A stretch of DNA of 64,000 nt from Candidatus Eiseniibacteriota bacterium (GCA_963783375.1 CAWANH010000001.1:160001-224000), one strand, 5' to 3'; numbered from the stretch's first letter, positions 19,900 through 29,338 are shown. The notes: generated from the letters alone by a model not told the origin. Program-made: numbers and translations.

Positions 19900-20742
19900 A
19901 TGTTCGAATCCCCGACCAACTCCGACAAGGAAGCGCGGGTCCGCGCTCCCGATTCCCCCCTCGAACGGGTCCTGGCCATGGCCCGGCTCCTGCGCGAACC
20001 CGGCGGATGTCCCTGGGATCGCGAGCAGACCGTGGAGTCCATGACCCCCTATCTCCAGGAGGAGACCTTCGAGGTGGTGGAGGCGATCTCCGCCCGCGAC
20101 CGGGACGGCTTCAACGAGGAGCTGGGGGACCTCCTGTTCCTCGTCCTCTTCCTGGCCTCGGTGGCCGAGGAGACCGGATGGGGCACCCTCGACCGCATCG
20201 CGGACGGGGTGGTGGACAAGCTGGTCCGGCGTCATCCCCACGTGTTCGGGGAGAGCGGCGGGATCGAGACCACCGGGGCGGTCCGCCAGTGGGAAGAGAT
20301 CAAGCGCGCCGAGCACGAAGCCAAGTCGGGGACCGAGGTCCCGTCGACCCTGGGGCGCCGCCCCGCCGGCCTTCCCGCCCTGACCACCGCGTTCCGGATC
20401 TCGGAAAAGGCCGGGGCGGTGGGGTTCCAGTGGCCGGGCGTGGCCGAGGCGATGGCCAAGCTCACCGAGGAGCTGGGGGAGCTCCAGGCCGAGGTGGCCG
20501 CGGACGCCCCCAGCGAGCGATTGGAGGACGAGATCGGCGACCTCCTCTACGCCACGGCCAACCTGGCCCGCTACCTCCGGATCGATCCCGAGCGCGCGCT
20601 CCGGGGAACGGTGGCGAAGTTCCTCCGGCGCTTCCGCTACGTGGAGGAGAAGCTGGCCGAGCGGGGCAGGAGTCCGGCCGGATCGGATCTCGAGGAAATG
20701 GACCGGCTCTGGAACGAGGCCAAGCGCGCCGGGGGCTCCTGA
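19900..20742 (+). CDS. mazG: nucleoside triphosphate pyrophosphohydrolase MazG
   Basis: GCPWDREQT, EELGDLL, KLVRRHPHVF, DEIGDLL, RRFRYVE. Confidence 0.93.
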   Translation: MFESPTNSDKEARVRAPDSPLERVLAMARLLREPGGCPWDREQTVESMTPYLQEETFEVVEAISARDRDGFNEELGDLLFLVLFLASVAEETGWGTLDRIADGVVDKLVRRHPHVFGESGGIETTGAVRQWEEIKRAEHEAKSGTEVPSTLGRRPAGLPALTTAFRISEKAGAVGFQWPGVAEAMAKLTEELGELQAEVAADAPSERLEDEIGDLLYATANLARYLRIDPERALRGTVAKFLRRFRYVEEKLAERGRSPAGSDLEEMDRLWNEAKRAGGS

Positions 20743-20831
20743 GCCGTCGGGACGGCGCGCTTCCCGCGACGAGGACGGCCGAGCGGGCGGTCGGATGCCC
20801 GCCGCAGCGGCGGGTCCGTGAATGGGTCGGG

Positions 20832-21428
20832 CTACGAGACGCGGCCGGTGGCTCCGTTGGACGAACGGTCCCGGCGCACCCGTTTCGTGGAGACCATGAG
20901 GAGCTTCGCCGGCCCCTCCCCCAGGTTCTGCATCCCGTGGGGACGGTCCGCCGGATAGTGGAGCGCATCCCCGGCCGACATCATGAATTCCTGATTCCCG
21001 ACCCGATAGCGTACGCGCCCCGAGAGCAGGTACACCCCTTCCTCCCCCCCGTGGGCATCGTACTCGATTTCGCGCGAGTCGCCGGGATCCAGCTCCAGCA
21101 TGTAGGCGTTCAGCCGGCCGCCGGTGATGCCGGGAGTCAGGTACTCTCCCTTCACCAGCGCCACGTCCTCGGGCAGCGGTTGGCGTTCGCCGGCCCGGGT
21201 GATCGCCACCTCACTCAGGTGCTCCTCCTCGAGGAAGTACGAGGTCTCCTTGCCGAGGGCCGTGGCGATGCGCATGAGCGCCCCGATGGTGGGTGAGGTC
21301 TTCCCCCGCTCGATCTCGGAAATGTGGGTGGCGGAGAAGCCGGAGTTTCGCTCGAGCTCTTTCAGGGTGAGGCGGCGTCCCTTGCGGACTTCGCGAATAC
21401 GCGAGCCCAGGTTCTGCTTCGATATCAT
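20832..21428 (-). CDS. XRE-family HTH + cupin transcriptional regulator
   Basis: LGSRIREVR...SATHISEIERGKTSPT; cupin HGGEE, GDALHY, PHG. Confidence 0.88.
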   Translation of the reverse strand: MISKQNLGSRIREVRKGRRLTLKELERNSGFSATHISEIERGKTSPTIGALMRIATALGKETSYFLEEEHLSEVAITRAGERQPLPEDVALVKGEYLTPGITGGRLNAYMLELDPGDSREIEYDAHGGEEGVYLLSGRVRYRVGNQEFMMSAGDALHYPADRPHGMQNLGEGPAKLLMVSTKRVRRDRSSNGATGRVS

Positions 21429-21448
21429 CTGCGGGATTCCCCTTGCCC

Positions 21449-22006
21449 TTAAATCGTGTAGCGAGGCCAGTCCACCCAGAACACCCGGCACTCCGATGCG
21501 CCGAGGCTCATGAGCTTGACCGGGATGGACGCTTTGAAGTGGATGCTGTCGCCCTCGTTGAGCACGTGCGTTTGCTCCTGAAGCTCGATCTGCAACGTTC
21601 CCTGGATCACGTGGAGAAATTTGTCCCCGGGACGGGCCGGACGGATCAGCGGCTCACCCATGTCCGGTCTCAGATCGAGCACGAAGAGCGACAGCTCCGC
21701 GTAGGGCTTTTCCGTCGTGAGGAGTTCCCAGGACGCGCCGTTTCGGGGGCCGACAACCTTTTCCCGATCGCCCTGGCGGGTGTGGGAAATCTCTTCCCCC
21801 ACGGGGATGTCCACCAGGAACGAGGGATTCACCTGGAGGGCATCGGCTATCTTCCCCAGCGCCCCCACCGTGGGGGACGTCTTTCCCCGTTCGATCTCCG
21901 ACACGTGGGTGGCCGAAACCCCCACCCGGGATTCGATATCCTTGAGGGTGAACCCCTGGGAAAGCCTGAGTTGCTTGATGCGGCGGCCTAACTCGAGGTT
22001 GTTCAT
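21449..22006 (-). CDS. XRE-family HTH + cupin transcriptional regulator (paralog)
   Basis: LGRRIKQLR...SATHVSEIERGKTSPT; C-terminal cupin LNEGDSIHF. Confidence 0.88.
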   Translation of the reverse strand: MNNLELGRRIKQLRLSQGFTLKDIESRVGVSATHVSEIERGKTSPTVGALGKIADALQVNPSFLVDIPVGEEISHTRQGDREKVVGPRNGASWELLTTEKPYAELSLFVLDLRPDMGEPLIRPARPGDKFLHVIQGTLQIELQEQTHVLNEGDSIHFKASIPVKLMSLGASECRVFWVDWPRYTI

Positions 22007-22078
22007 CGCCCCATTTCCTGTCGGGTGTCTCTGTCCGCACCCACCCCGCTATAGTCATGCAAATACAAGAGCCCAATA

Positions 22079-22107
22079 AGCTTACACAACCCCTGAGACC
22101 AAGTCAA
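22079..22107 (-). promoter_or_regulatory. sigma70-type promoter for the XRE pair
   Basis: TTGACT, 17 bp, TAAGCT on the minus strand. Confidence 0.6.
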
Positions 22108-22187
22108 CGGACAATGGGGGGCGGGATGTGGAAATGGCGGTTGACGGTCGGGAGGGGCGGAATGGCCGCCCCGGCGTCCGGGTACGA

Positions 22188-22217
22188 TTGACGGACTGGG
22201 GCTCGGGGGGGTATACT
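22188..22217 (+). promoter_or_regulatory. sigma70-type promoter for the 3D-domain gene
   Basis: TTGACG, 18 bp, TATACT. Confidence 0.65.
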
Positions 22218-22323
22218 AGACAGCTTGAATAGGTTCTATCAGACCATTGCTCGTCATCGTTCCTCCCCGTGACCCGCCTTCGACCCTGATCGGCACACGT
22301 CTTGCTTTGAAGTAGGCCGAGGT

Positions 22324-22929
22324 ATGAATATGAATGAAGACCAAAAACAGAGTCCGCAAGGGATCAGGGCGCGGCGCGCCCTTGGCGCCGTCCTCCTGGG
22401 AACCGGCCTTCTGGTGCTCGGGTTCCGAGGGGCTCCCCGCACGTCGGCCTCCGCCTCGTCCGTCACCGCCCCCGATGGGATCCCCACCTGGAGCTTGAAC
22501 GTGGCGCCGCCCGCCACACCCTCCCGGATGCCCCGGCACCTGTTCCGGATCCCGGTGACGGTGACCGGCTACAGCAGCACCGCGGACCAGACCGACGACA
22601 CTCCCTTCGTGACCGCGTCCAACACCCGCGTTCGCCGGGGCGTGATCGCCCTCTCCCGCGATCTCCTGCGGGAATTCACTCCCGCCGCCCCCTTCGCCTT
22701 CGGGGATCTCCTGGAGATCGAGGGCGTGGGAACCTTCCGGGTCGAGGACACCATGGCCGAGCGCTACCGCCAGCGGGCGGACATCTGGTTCAGCAGCCGA
22801 TCCGCGGCCCAGCAGTGGGGTCGCCGGCACCAGGTTCTCGCGCGCCTCACCCCCGACGCCCGGGAGGTCGCACGGCGGGCACCGTCCCGTGCCCCGCTCC
22901 CCCTGTTCGAGGCCGCCCTGGCCGACTGA
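22324..22929 (+). CDS. exported 3D-domain protein (MltA-like, cell-wall associated)
   Basis: Signal/TM; VTGYSS, TASNT, IALSRD, VEDT, ADIWF, WGRR. Confidence 0.8.
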   Translation: MNMNEDQKQSPQGIRARRALGAVLLGTGLLVLGFRGAPRTSASASSVTAPDGIPTWSLNVAPPATPSRMPRHLFRIPVTVTGYSSTADQTDDTPFVTASNTRVRRGVIALSRDLLREFTPAAPFAFGDLLEIEGVGTFRVEDTMAERYRQRADIWFSSRSAAQQWGRRHQVLARLTPDAREVARRAPSRAPLPLFEAALAD

Positions 22930-23004
22930 TCCGGCCGGATTCCCTTCCCTTCGATCGGTTGACGGAGGGGCGAAATGCCCCGAAAGCCGGCGCCGGATCC
23001 CCCA

Positions 23005-23373
23005 TCAAGCCGTCTCCGAGGATCCCGATTTCTTCACGTCGCGGTGGGTGTACTTGAGGACTTCGACCCGTTCGAGGGTGATGAGCCCCTCCTGGATCAT
23101 GGACTCGAGCTCCGGAAGCACCGCGCGGATCCGCTCCTCGGTATCCACGGCTTCGATCACCAGGGGAAGGTCCTGGGAGAGACGAAGGATGCGGGCGGTG
23201 TGGATGCGGCTGTGCGCTCCGAAGCCCTCCACTCCCTTGAGGACGGTGGCCCCGGCCAGCCCCTTCTCCCGCAGAAATCGCACCAGCCCCTCATAGAGAG
23301 GACGGCCCTGGTAGGTATCGTCCTCTCCGATGAAGATGCGGACGAGGAGCCCCTGTCCCGAGAGCGTGGTCAT
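23005..23373 (-). CDS. DUF190 family PII-like protein
   Basis: RIFIGEDD, GLAGATVLKGVEGFG, LSQDLPLVIE; downstream of fluC. Confidence 0.88.
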   Translation of the reverse strand: MTTLSGQGLLVRIFIGEDDTYQGRPLYEGLVRFLREKGLAGATVLKGVEGFGAHSRIHTARILRLSQDLPLVIEAVDTEERIRAVLPELESMIQEGLITLERVEVLKYTHRDVKKSGSSETA

Positions 23374-23409
23374 TGTGGTCTCCTCCCTGCGCCCCCCCGG
23401 GCGCCGGGT

Positions 23410-23793
23410 TCAGCTGAGCCGCGCCGCGGCGAGCCCCACGAACACCGCGGCCACCCCAAGTACGAGATGGAGTCCCAGGTAGGCTCCGGCGCCCCCCCAC
23501 CAGCCCTCCCGCAGCAACGAACCGGTCTCGAGGGCGAAGGTGCTGTAGGTGCTGAACGCCCCCATGAACCCTACTCCCCACAAGAGCCGCCAGGTTGCCG
23601 GGGCCGTGGACCGCTCCCACCGGCCCACCAGGAAGCCGAGGGCGAAGCAGGCAATGAGGTTCACCCCCAGGGTTCCCCACGGGAATCGGGCCCCGGCCAG
23701 GCGCTGAATCCATCCCGAAACCGCGTAGCGGGCGAGCGCGCCCAGGGATCCCCCCAGAGCCACCGCCAGCGCGTTCTTGATCCCGGTCATCAT
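23410..23793 (-). CDS. crcB: fluoride channel FluC
   Basis: VALGGSLGALARY, FPWGTLGVN, GFMGAFSTYSTF. Confidence 0.92.
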   Translation of the reverse strand: MMTGIKNALAVALGGSLGALARYAVSGWIQRLAGARFPWGTLGVNLIACFALGFLVGRWERSTAPATWRLLWGVGFMGAFSTYSTFALETGSLLREGWWGGAGAYLGLHLVLGVAAVFVGLAAARLS

Positions 23794-24725
23794 CCATCCC
23801 CCGCGATCAGGCTCTGGTGTATGCGTCCGTACGAGAGATACCGGTGTCCGGCCACCCGGCCCGCCTCCACCCCCTCCTTGACCGCGCACCCCGGCTCGGC
23901 CAGGTGCCGGCAGTCCTGGAACCGGCACTCCTCCGCCAGGTCCCCGAACTCGGGAAAATGGCCGGCCAAGTCCTCGGGGGGAAGGCCGGACAGATCGAGA
24001 ACCCGAAGCCCGGGACTGTCCACCAGGCTACCGCCCGAGGGAAGCGGGAGCATCTCCACCCAGGTCGTGGTGTGGCGCCCCTTCTGGGTGCGCTCGCTGA
24101 TCTCGCCCACCCGAAGCGCGGCGTCGGGCACCAGGTGATTGACCAGGCTCGACTTCCCGGCCCCGGAAGGACCGAGAAGGACGGACGTTCCCCGAGCCAG
24201 GCGGTTCCGGAGCTCGTCCATGCCCTCCCCGGTGCGGGCGGAAACGAAGATGACCGGGACCCCGAGCTCGGGATAAACCCGAAGCTCAGGCGCTTCGCGC
24301 ACCGCGGGGTCGAGATCCAACTTGTTGATGCAGACCATGGCCGGGACCCCCCCGAAGGATGCCAGGACCAGGTAACGGTCCACGGTGGACGGCTTCCAGA
24401 CCGGCTCCCGGGCGGACAGCACCACCACCGCCAGGTCGAGGTTCGCGGCCAGGACCTGTCGCTTGCCGCTTCGGCCGGAGGCGGGACGAAAGAGGGAGTT
24501 CTCCCGAGGGAGGACCTCCTCCACCAGGGCTCCCTCGCGCACCGGGGTCCAGAGCACCCGGTCCCCCACCGCCATCGGATCCACGAGGTCGGGGGCGCGG
24601 TAACGGAGCTTCTTGGGAACCACCGCGGAGACCTCCTCCCCGTCGTAGACTCGGAGGGTGAAGGTCCGGCTCCGGGCCCGCACCACCAGGCCTTCGTGGC
24701 TAGTGTCCCGTCTCGGGGATTTCAT
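23790..24725 (-). CDS. rsgA: ribosome small subunit-dependent GTPase
   Basis: AVGD, NKLD, GPSGAGKS, GRHTT, DSPG, CRFQDCRHLAEPGC. Confidence 0.95.
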   Translation of the reverse strand: MKSPRRDTSHEGLVVRARSRTFTLRVYDGEEVSAVVPKKLRYRAPDLVDPMAVGDRVLWTPVREGALVEEVLPRENSLFRPASGRSGKRQVLAANLDLAVVVLSAREPVWKPSTVDRYLVLASFGGVPAMVCINKLDLDPAVREAPELRVYPELGVPVIFVSARTGEGMDELRNRLARGTSVLLGPSGAGKSSLVNHLVPDAALRVGEISERTQKGRHTTTWVEMLPLPSGGSLVDSPGLRVLDLSGLPPEDLAGHFPEFGDLAEECRFQDCRHLAEPGCAVKEGVEAGRVAGHRYLSYGRIHQSLIAGDG

Positions 24726-24771
24726 GACCGGCGATCTTATCCTCCCCGCGCGGGGGTCGGTAGACGGGAAT

Positions 24772-25650
24772 TCAAGCCGAGGCGACCCGGGGCGGCGGAG
24801 ACTTCCTGGAGCCGTAACGATACGCGTACACCTGGGTGAACTCGGCGCCGAAGAAGAGGATCTGCGCGGAGTAGTAAACCCAGATCAGGATGATCACCAG
24901 GGATCCCGCCGCTCCGTAGCTCGAGGCGATGCTGCTGCTCCCGAGGTAGAGGCCGATCAGGAACTTCCCCACCGCGAAGAGCACGGCGGTGAGCCCCGCT
25001 CCCCACCATACGTCTCCCCAATCCACATCGGTATCCGGAATGTAGCGAAAGATGAGGGCGAAGAGCAGGGTCACCACCAGGAAGTCCACCAGGAGGTTCC
25101 CCCACTCCAGGAGGTGGAACCAGGCCGGGAGATAGCCTTCGGCGAAGTGGCTGAGCCCCGACAGGAACGCGCTGGTGAGGAGAGAGACCAGGAGCAGGAA
25201 CCCGGTTCCGAGAACCATGATGAAGGAGATCGCCCGGTCCTTGAGGAGGTTCCTCCACCAGCTCCCCTCCCGGCTGCGGACGTTCCAGAGCATGTTCATG
25301 GCGTCCTGGAGCATGTTGAAGACCCCGAGAGCGGCGAAGATCAGCGCGATCACCCCGGCCACCGAGGCCCAGAACCCCGCTCCCGGCCGGTTCGCGCTGG
25401 CCAGCAGAGCCTCTACCGCCCGCGCTCCGTCCCCCCCGATGAGCGAACGGACCTGGGAGACGATCTCACCCCGCGCGGCCTCGGGCCCCAGCACCGCCCC
25501 CGCGATGGCAATGCCGATGATGAGAAGAGGGGCCAACGAGAAGGCGGTGTAGAAGGCCAGGGCCGCGGCCAGACGATGGGCCCGGTCCGCCCGCCACTCC
25601 AGATAGGTATCCTGCAGGAGGCTCATGACGATCTTGATTCTATGATTCAT
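24772..25650 (-). CDS. YihY/virulence factor BrkB family membrane protein
   Basis: AAALAFYTAFSLAP, YGAAGSLV, WVYYSAQILFFGAE. Confidence 0.92.
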   Translation of the reverse strand: MNHRIKIVMSLLQDTYLEWRADRAHRLAAALAFYTAFSLAPLLIIGIAIAGAVLGPEAARGEIVSQVRSLIGGDGARAVEALLASANRPGAGFWASVAGVIALIFAALGVFNMLQDAMNMLWNVRSREGSWWRNLLKDRAISFIMVLGTGFLLLVSLLTSAFLSGLSHFAEGYLPAWFHLLEWGNLLVDFLVVTLLFALIFRYIPDTDVDWGDVWWGAGLTAVLFAVGKFLIGLYLGSSSIASSYGAAGSLVIILIWVYYSAQILFFGAEFTQVYAYRYGSRKSPPPRVASA

Positions 25651-25758
25651 ACCGACGATCGTACGGGGTGAGAGACAACCCCCTAAGCTTAACCCGTTGC
25701 GCCCCCGAATGCCCGTGCGCCCCCGGGCAGGGGGGAGACGTAGGTGGACTCCGGTGGA

Positions 25759-27189
25759 CTAGTACTTCCGGACCGAGGGATCCACTTCGTCGGACCAGGC
25801 CAGGACGCCCCCTTTCAGGTTCCAGACCCGCGGGAAGCCGGCGTCGAGGAGCAGGCGGGCCGCCTTGGCGCTCCTCACCCCCGACCGGCAGTGGATCACG
25901 ATCTCGTGGCCGGGATCGATCTCCCCCACCCGCGCGGCGAACTCGCCCAGGGGGATGAGGCGCGCTCCGGGAATGGAGGCGATCCCGGTCTCGAAAGGCT
26001 CGCGGACGTCGATCAGATCCACCTCCTCCAGCCGGCGCGACAGCTCGGACGCGGTCATCTCCCGGACCCCGAAGGGGCCCGGGGCGCCTTCCCCGGCGCC
26101 GCAGAACTCCTCGTAGTCGATGAGTCCGGTGATCGAGGGACTCTCGCCGCAGACCGGGCAGGACGGGTCCTTGCGGAGGCGCACCTCGCGGAACTCCACG
26201 GCCAGGGCGTCGAAGAGCACCAACCGGCCGATCAGGGGATCGCCGATCCCCAGGAGGAGCTTCACCGTCTCGTTGGCCTGGATGGACCCGATGATGCCGG
26301 GGAGGATTCCCAGGACCCCGCCCTCGGCGCAGCTCGGCACGAGCCCGGGGGGAGGCGGCTCGGGGTAGAGGCACCGGTAGCAGGGGCCGCGCTCTGCATC
26401 GAAGACCGAGGCCTGCCCCTCGAACCGGAAGATGCTGCCGTACACGTTGGGCTTTCCGAGAAGCACGCAGGCGTCGTTGACCAGGTACCGGGTGGCGAAG
26501 TTGTCGGTGCCGTCCACCACCACGTCGTAGCCCTCCAGGATCCCGAGCGCGTTCTCCGAGGTGAGCCGCACGCCGTGAGCCTCGACCTTCACGAAGGGGT
26601 TCACGGCGCGGATCTTCTCCCGGGCGGAATCCAGCTTCGGCCGGCCCACGTCGGCGGTGGCGTGGATGATCTGGCGCTGGAGGTTGGTGTAGTCCACCAC
26701 GTCGAAGTCCACCAGGCCCAACCGGCCCACTCCCGCCGCGGCCAGGTAGAGCCCGAGAGGAGAGCCAAGCCCCCCGACCCCCACCAGGAGCACCGAGGAG
26801 CCCTTGAGGCGCTTCTGTCCCGCGAGCCCCACCTCCGGAATGATGATGTGCCGGCTGTAGCGCCGGAGCTCGTCCGGGGAAAGCTCCCCTTCCGCCGCGC
26901 CGGTCTCGGCGGCGCTCCCCCCGGTCACCGCGGGAACGATCATGAGCTCGTCGCCGTCGGCCAGCGCCGCCTCGTCCCCCCCGAGACGGCGGACGCTTTC
27001 CCGGTTCAGGAACAGGTCGACGAAGCTCCGGACCCGGCCGGAGGCGTCGAAGAGGTGGGGCCGAAGCGCCGGGTATCGCCCGGCCAGATCGGCCAGGGCA
27101 TCCTTCACCCGCTCCCCCTCCACCACGGCCCGGGACAGGTTCCCGGTGTGCTTGCGAAGCACGGTGGGTATGCGCACGTTCACCGACAT
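25759..27189 (-). CDS. moeB: ThiS/MoaD-like Ubl fused to MoeB-like E1 and rhodanese (MoeZ-type)
   Basis: Ubl ending VPAVTGG; RYSRH, GVGGLG, NLQRQ, CYRC, PSCAEGGVLG, CPVC; rhodanese HCRSGVRS. Confidence 0.9.
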   Translation of the reverse strand: MSVNVRIPTVLRKHTGNLSRAVVEGERVKDALADLAGRYPALRPHLFDASGRVRSFVDLFLNRESVRRLGGDEAALADGDELMIVPAVTGGSAAETGAAEGELSPDELRRYSRHIIIPEVGLAGQKRLKGSSVLLVGVGGLGSPLGLYLAAAGVGRLGLVDFDVVDYTNLQRQIIHATADVGRPKLDSAREKIRAVNPFVKVEAHGVRLTSENALGILEGYDVVVDGTDNFATRYLVNDACVLLGKPNVYGSIFRFEGQASVFDAERGPCYRCLYPEPPPPGLVPSCAEGGVLGILPGIIGSIQANETVKLLLGIGDPLIGRLVLFDALAVEFREVRLRKDPSCPVCGESPSITGLIDYEEFCGAGEGAPGPFGVREMTASELSRRLEEVDLIDVREPFETGIASIPGARLIPLGEFAARVGEIDPGHEIVIHCRSGVRSAKAARLLLDAGFPRVWNLKGGVLAWSDEVDPSVRKY

Positions 27190-27259
27190 GGCCTTCTCCT
27201 CGTTCCCCGGGCCCGTGACGGGGCTCGGCCACCACGACCGGGCCCGCCGACGGGGGCGG

Positions 27260-27682
27260 CTACGAACTCTCCAACGGCTCCGGATCGAACCGGGACCGGT
27301 CTTCGGCCAGCACCCAGGATCGCACCTTCTCCGCCTTCCCCTCCCAAACCGAGACGATCACGTAGGAGAGCCCCGGAAAGGCGTGCTCCCGGTCGAAGTT
27401 CGACGGCCGCGCCTCGTGGTCGGGGTGGGAGTGGTAGAAGCCGAGGATCTCCCGCCCCTCCTCCCTCGCAGCGAGCTCCGCCCGAAGATAGGCTTCGGGA
27501 GAGATGAGGTACCGGTGCTCCGGAAAATCGTCGCGCTCGTTCTCCGCCCGCACCAGGCGTGCCACCTCGCGTCCCTCCGGCCCCTCATGACCGAGCAGGA
27601 ACCCGCAGCACTCATGAGGGTAGGTTTCCTCGCCGTGGCGACGGATCGCGTCCAGGCCGGCCGGAGTGAGCTTCAGGTTCAT
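27260..27682 (-). CDS. JAB/MPN+ (M67, Mec-like) metallopeptidase
   Basis: YPHECCGFL, GFYHSHPDHEARPSNFD (JAMM motif). Confidence 0.9.
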   Translation of the reverse strand: MNLKLTPAGLDAIRRHGEETYPHECCGFLLGHEGPEGREVARLVRAENERDDFPEHRYLISPEAYLRAELAAREEGREILGFYHSHPDHEARPSNFDREHAFPGLSYVIVSVWEGKAEKVRSWVLAEDRSRFDPEPLESS

Positions 27683-27812
27683 CGGGACCCTCGCCGGATC
27701 GGCTGGTTGAGGCGCCGGTCCGCGATGTCGGGGAAGACGGTCACCGCCGCCCATCTCCCGAGCCGCTCTGCGATCCGGCCGCGCACTGATGATACCGTGG
27801 CCGGCGGAGCCT

Positions 27813-28883
27813 TCAGGGGGACTTCACGTTCCGTACGTGGAGGCAGCCCGGACCGTTCTCCGCGAAGCGGCCCACCACCTTGGCGGCGGGGACCCCTTTG
27901 GTCCGGAGGGCGGCCAGAAGATCGTCGCCCCGTTCCGGAGCCACCGCCAGGAGGAGTCCCCCCGAGGTCTGGGCGTCGGCCAAAAGGATCCGGTCCGTCT
28001 CGTCCAGGCCCTCGTCGAACACCGCGCAGGACTCCAGATAGGCGAGGTTCTTCCAGGAGCCGCCCGGCACCACCCGGGCCGCGGCCAGCTCGCGCACCGC
28101 GGCCTCGGCGAGAACGGGCACGGCCCCGGCGTACACCTCGGCGCAGAGACCGGAGCCCGCCGCCATCTCGTAGAGGTGGCCGAGGAATCCGTAGCCGGTG
28201 ACGTCGGTGGCCGCGCGTACCCCGACCTCGATCGCCGCCTCCCCCGCTCCTCGGTTGAGGACCGCCATCTGCTCCACCACCGCCTTCACCAGCCCGGGCT
28301 CCACCTTCCCCCGCTTGATCCCGGTGGTGAGGATTCCCACCCCGAGCGGCTTGGTGAGGACCAGTAGATCGCCGGCCCGCGCCCCGGTGTTCCGGAGGAT
28401 GCGGTCGGGATGGACCCGTCCGGTGACCGCGAGCCCGAACTTGGGTTCCTTGTCGTCGATGGAGTGGCCCCCCACCACCGTCACCTCCGCCTCCACGCAC
28501 TTGTCGGCGGCTCCCCGGAGGATCTGCTTCAGGACGTCCGGCCCCAGGTCGTCGATGGGAAAGCCCACGATGTTGAGGGCCAGGAACGGAACGCCGCCCA
28601 TGGCGTAGACATCGCTCAGGGCGTTGGCCGCGGCCACTCTCCCGAAATCGTAGGGGTCGTCCACGATCGGGGTGAAGAAATCCAGGGTCTGGACCAGCGC
28701 GAGGTCGTCGGAGACGCGATAGACCGCCGCGTCGTCCGCGGTTTCGTTGCCGACCAGGACGTTCGGATCGTGGAATCTGGGTAGCCCGTCCAGAACCTGG
28801 GCGAGGACGCTCTGCGCGATCTTGCAGGCTCAGCCGGCGCCGTGGCTCAGGGACGTGAGCTTGACGATGTCTTCTCCGCTCAT
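27813..28883 (-). CDS. selD: selenide, water dikinase, selenocysteine-containing (U18)
   Basis: From ATG 28883: MSGEDIVKLTSLSHGAG-TGA-ACKI...DDAAVY...DFFTPIVDDPYDFG, ANALSDVYAMGG, TDVTGYG, DAQTSGGLL; TGA at 28830-28832. Confidence 0.93.
28785..28805 (-). promoter_or_regulatory. candidate bacterial SECIS hairpin of selD
   Basis: CUCGCCCAG-GUU-CUGGACGGG; G-containing apical loop about 33 nt after the UGA. Confidence 0.6.
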
Positions 28884-28889
28884 CCGGTA

Positions 28890-28918
28890 AGGGTAGAGGG
28901 GCGCCGGGAGGGGGTCAA
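28890..28918 (-). promoter_or_regulatory. sigma70-type promoter of selD, probably leaderless
   Basis: TTGACC, 17 bp, TACCCT, 6 nt, ATG. Confidence 0.65.
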
Positions 28919-28933
28919 CGGGACAGGCGCGGC

Positions 28934-29338
28934 TCAGGAAGCGCGCGAAGGCCCGGGTGAGCGCCAGAGGACGGCGTGAACCAGCGCCCACCCCAGGTCC
29001 GCCGCGCCCACGGCCACGAAGACCCCCGCCCCCACCGGCCGGAGCAGGGCGGCCAGAATCAGCACGAACGCTCCCCCTCCGCCCCGGGCCCAGAGGACGG
29101 AGGGACGGAAGGCGTCGACCGCCGGTGACCGGGCCGCGCCGGCGTAGAGGACCGGGAGGACGAGGAGAGGGAGGGCGGCCAAGTGGAAGTAGAACTCCGA
29201 TCCGGTCACCGGGCTCCCCAGCCCGGCCATCGCCCGGGGTCCGAAAACGAGAATGAAGAGCCCCAGGGCGAGGTCGTAGGCCGCCCCGGCCAGGAGGCTG
29301 GTTCGGAGTGCGCGGTGCGAGGTCCCGTCGCCGCTCAA
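28934..29338 (-). CDS. hypothetical 4-TM membrane protein
   Basis: Four hydrophobic segments; start overlaps the OPT stop. Confidence 0.65.
   Translation of the reverse strand: MSGDGTSHRALRTSLLAGAAYDLALGLFILVFGPRAMAGLGSPVTGSEFYFHLAALPLLVLPVLYAGAARSPAVDAFRPSVLWARGGGGAFVLILAALLRPVGAGVFVAVGAADLGWALVHAVLWRSPGPSRAS

Noticed and set aside
22218-22323. Possible c-di-AMP or other riboswitch ahead of the 3D-domain gene
   Set aside because: No recognisable conserved aptamer motifs; an Rfam scan would be needed to exclude it fully.
23794-23930. Fluoride riboswitch upstream of crcB
   Set aside because: crcB is coupled directly to the rsgA stop; there is no intergenic leader and no aptamer consensus.
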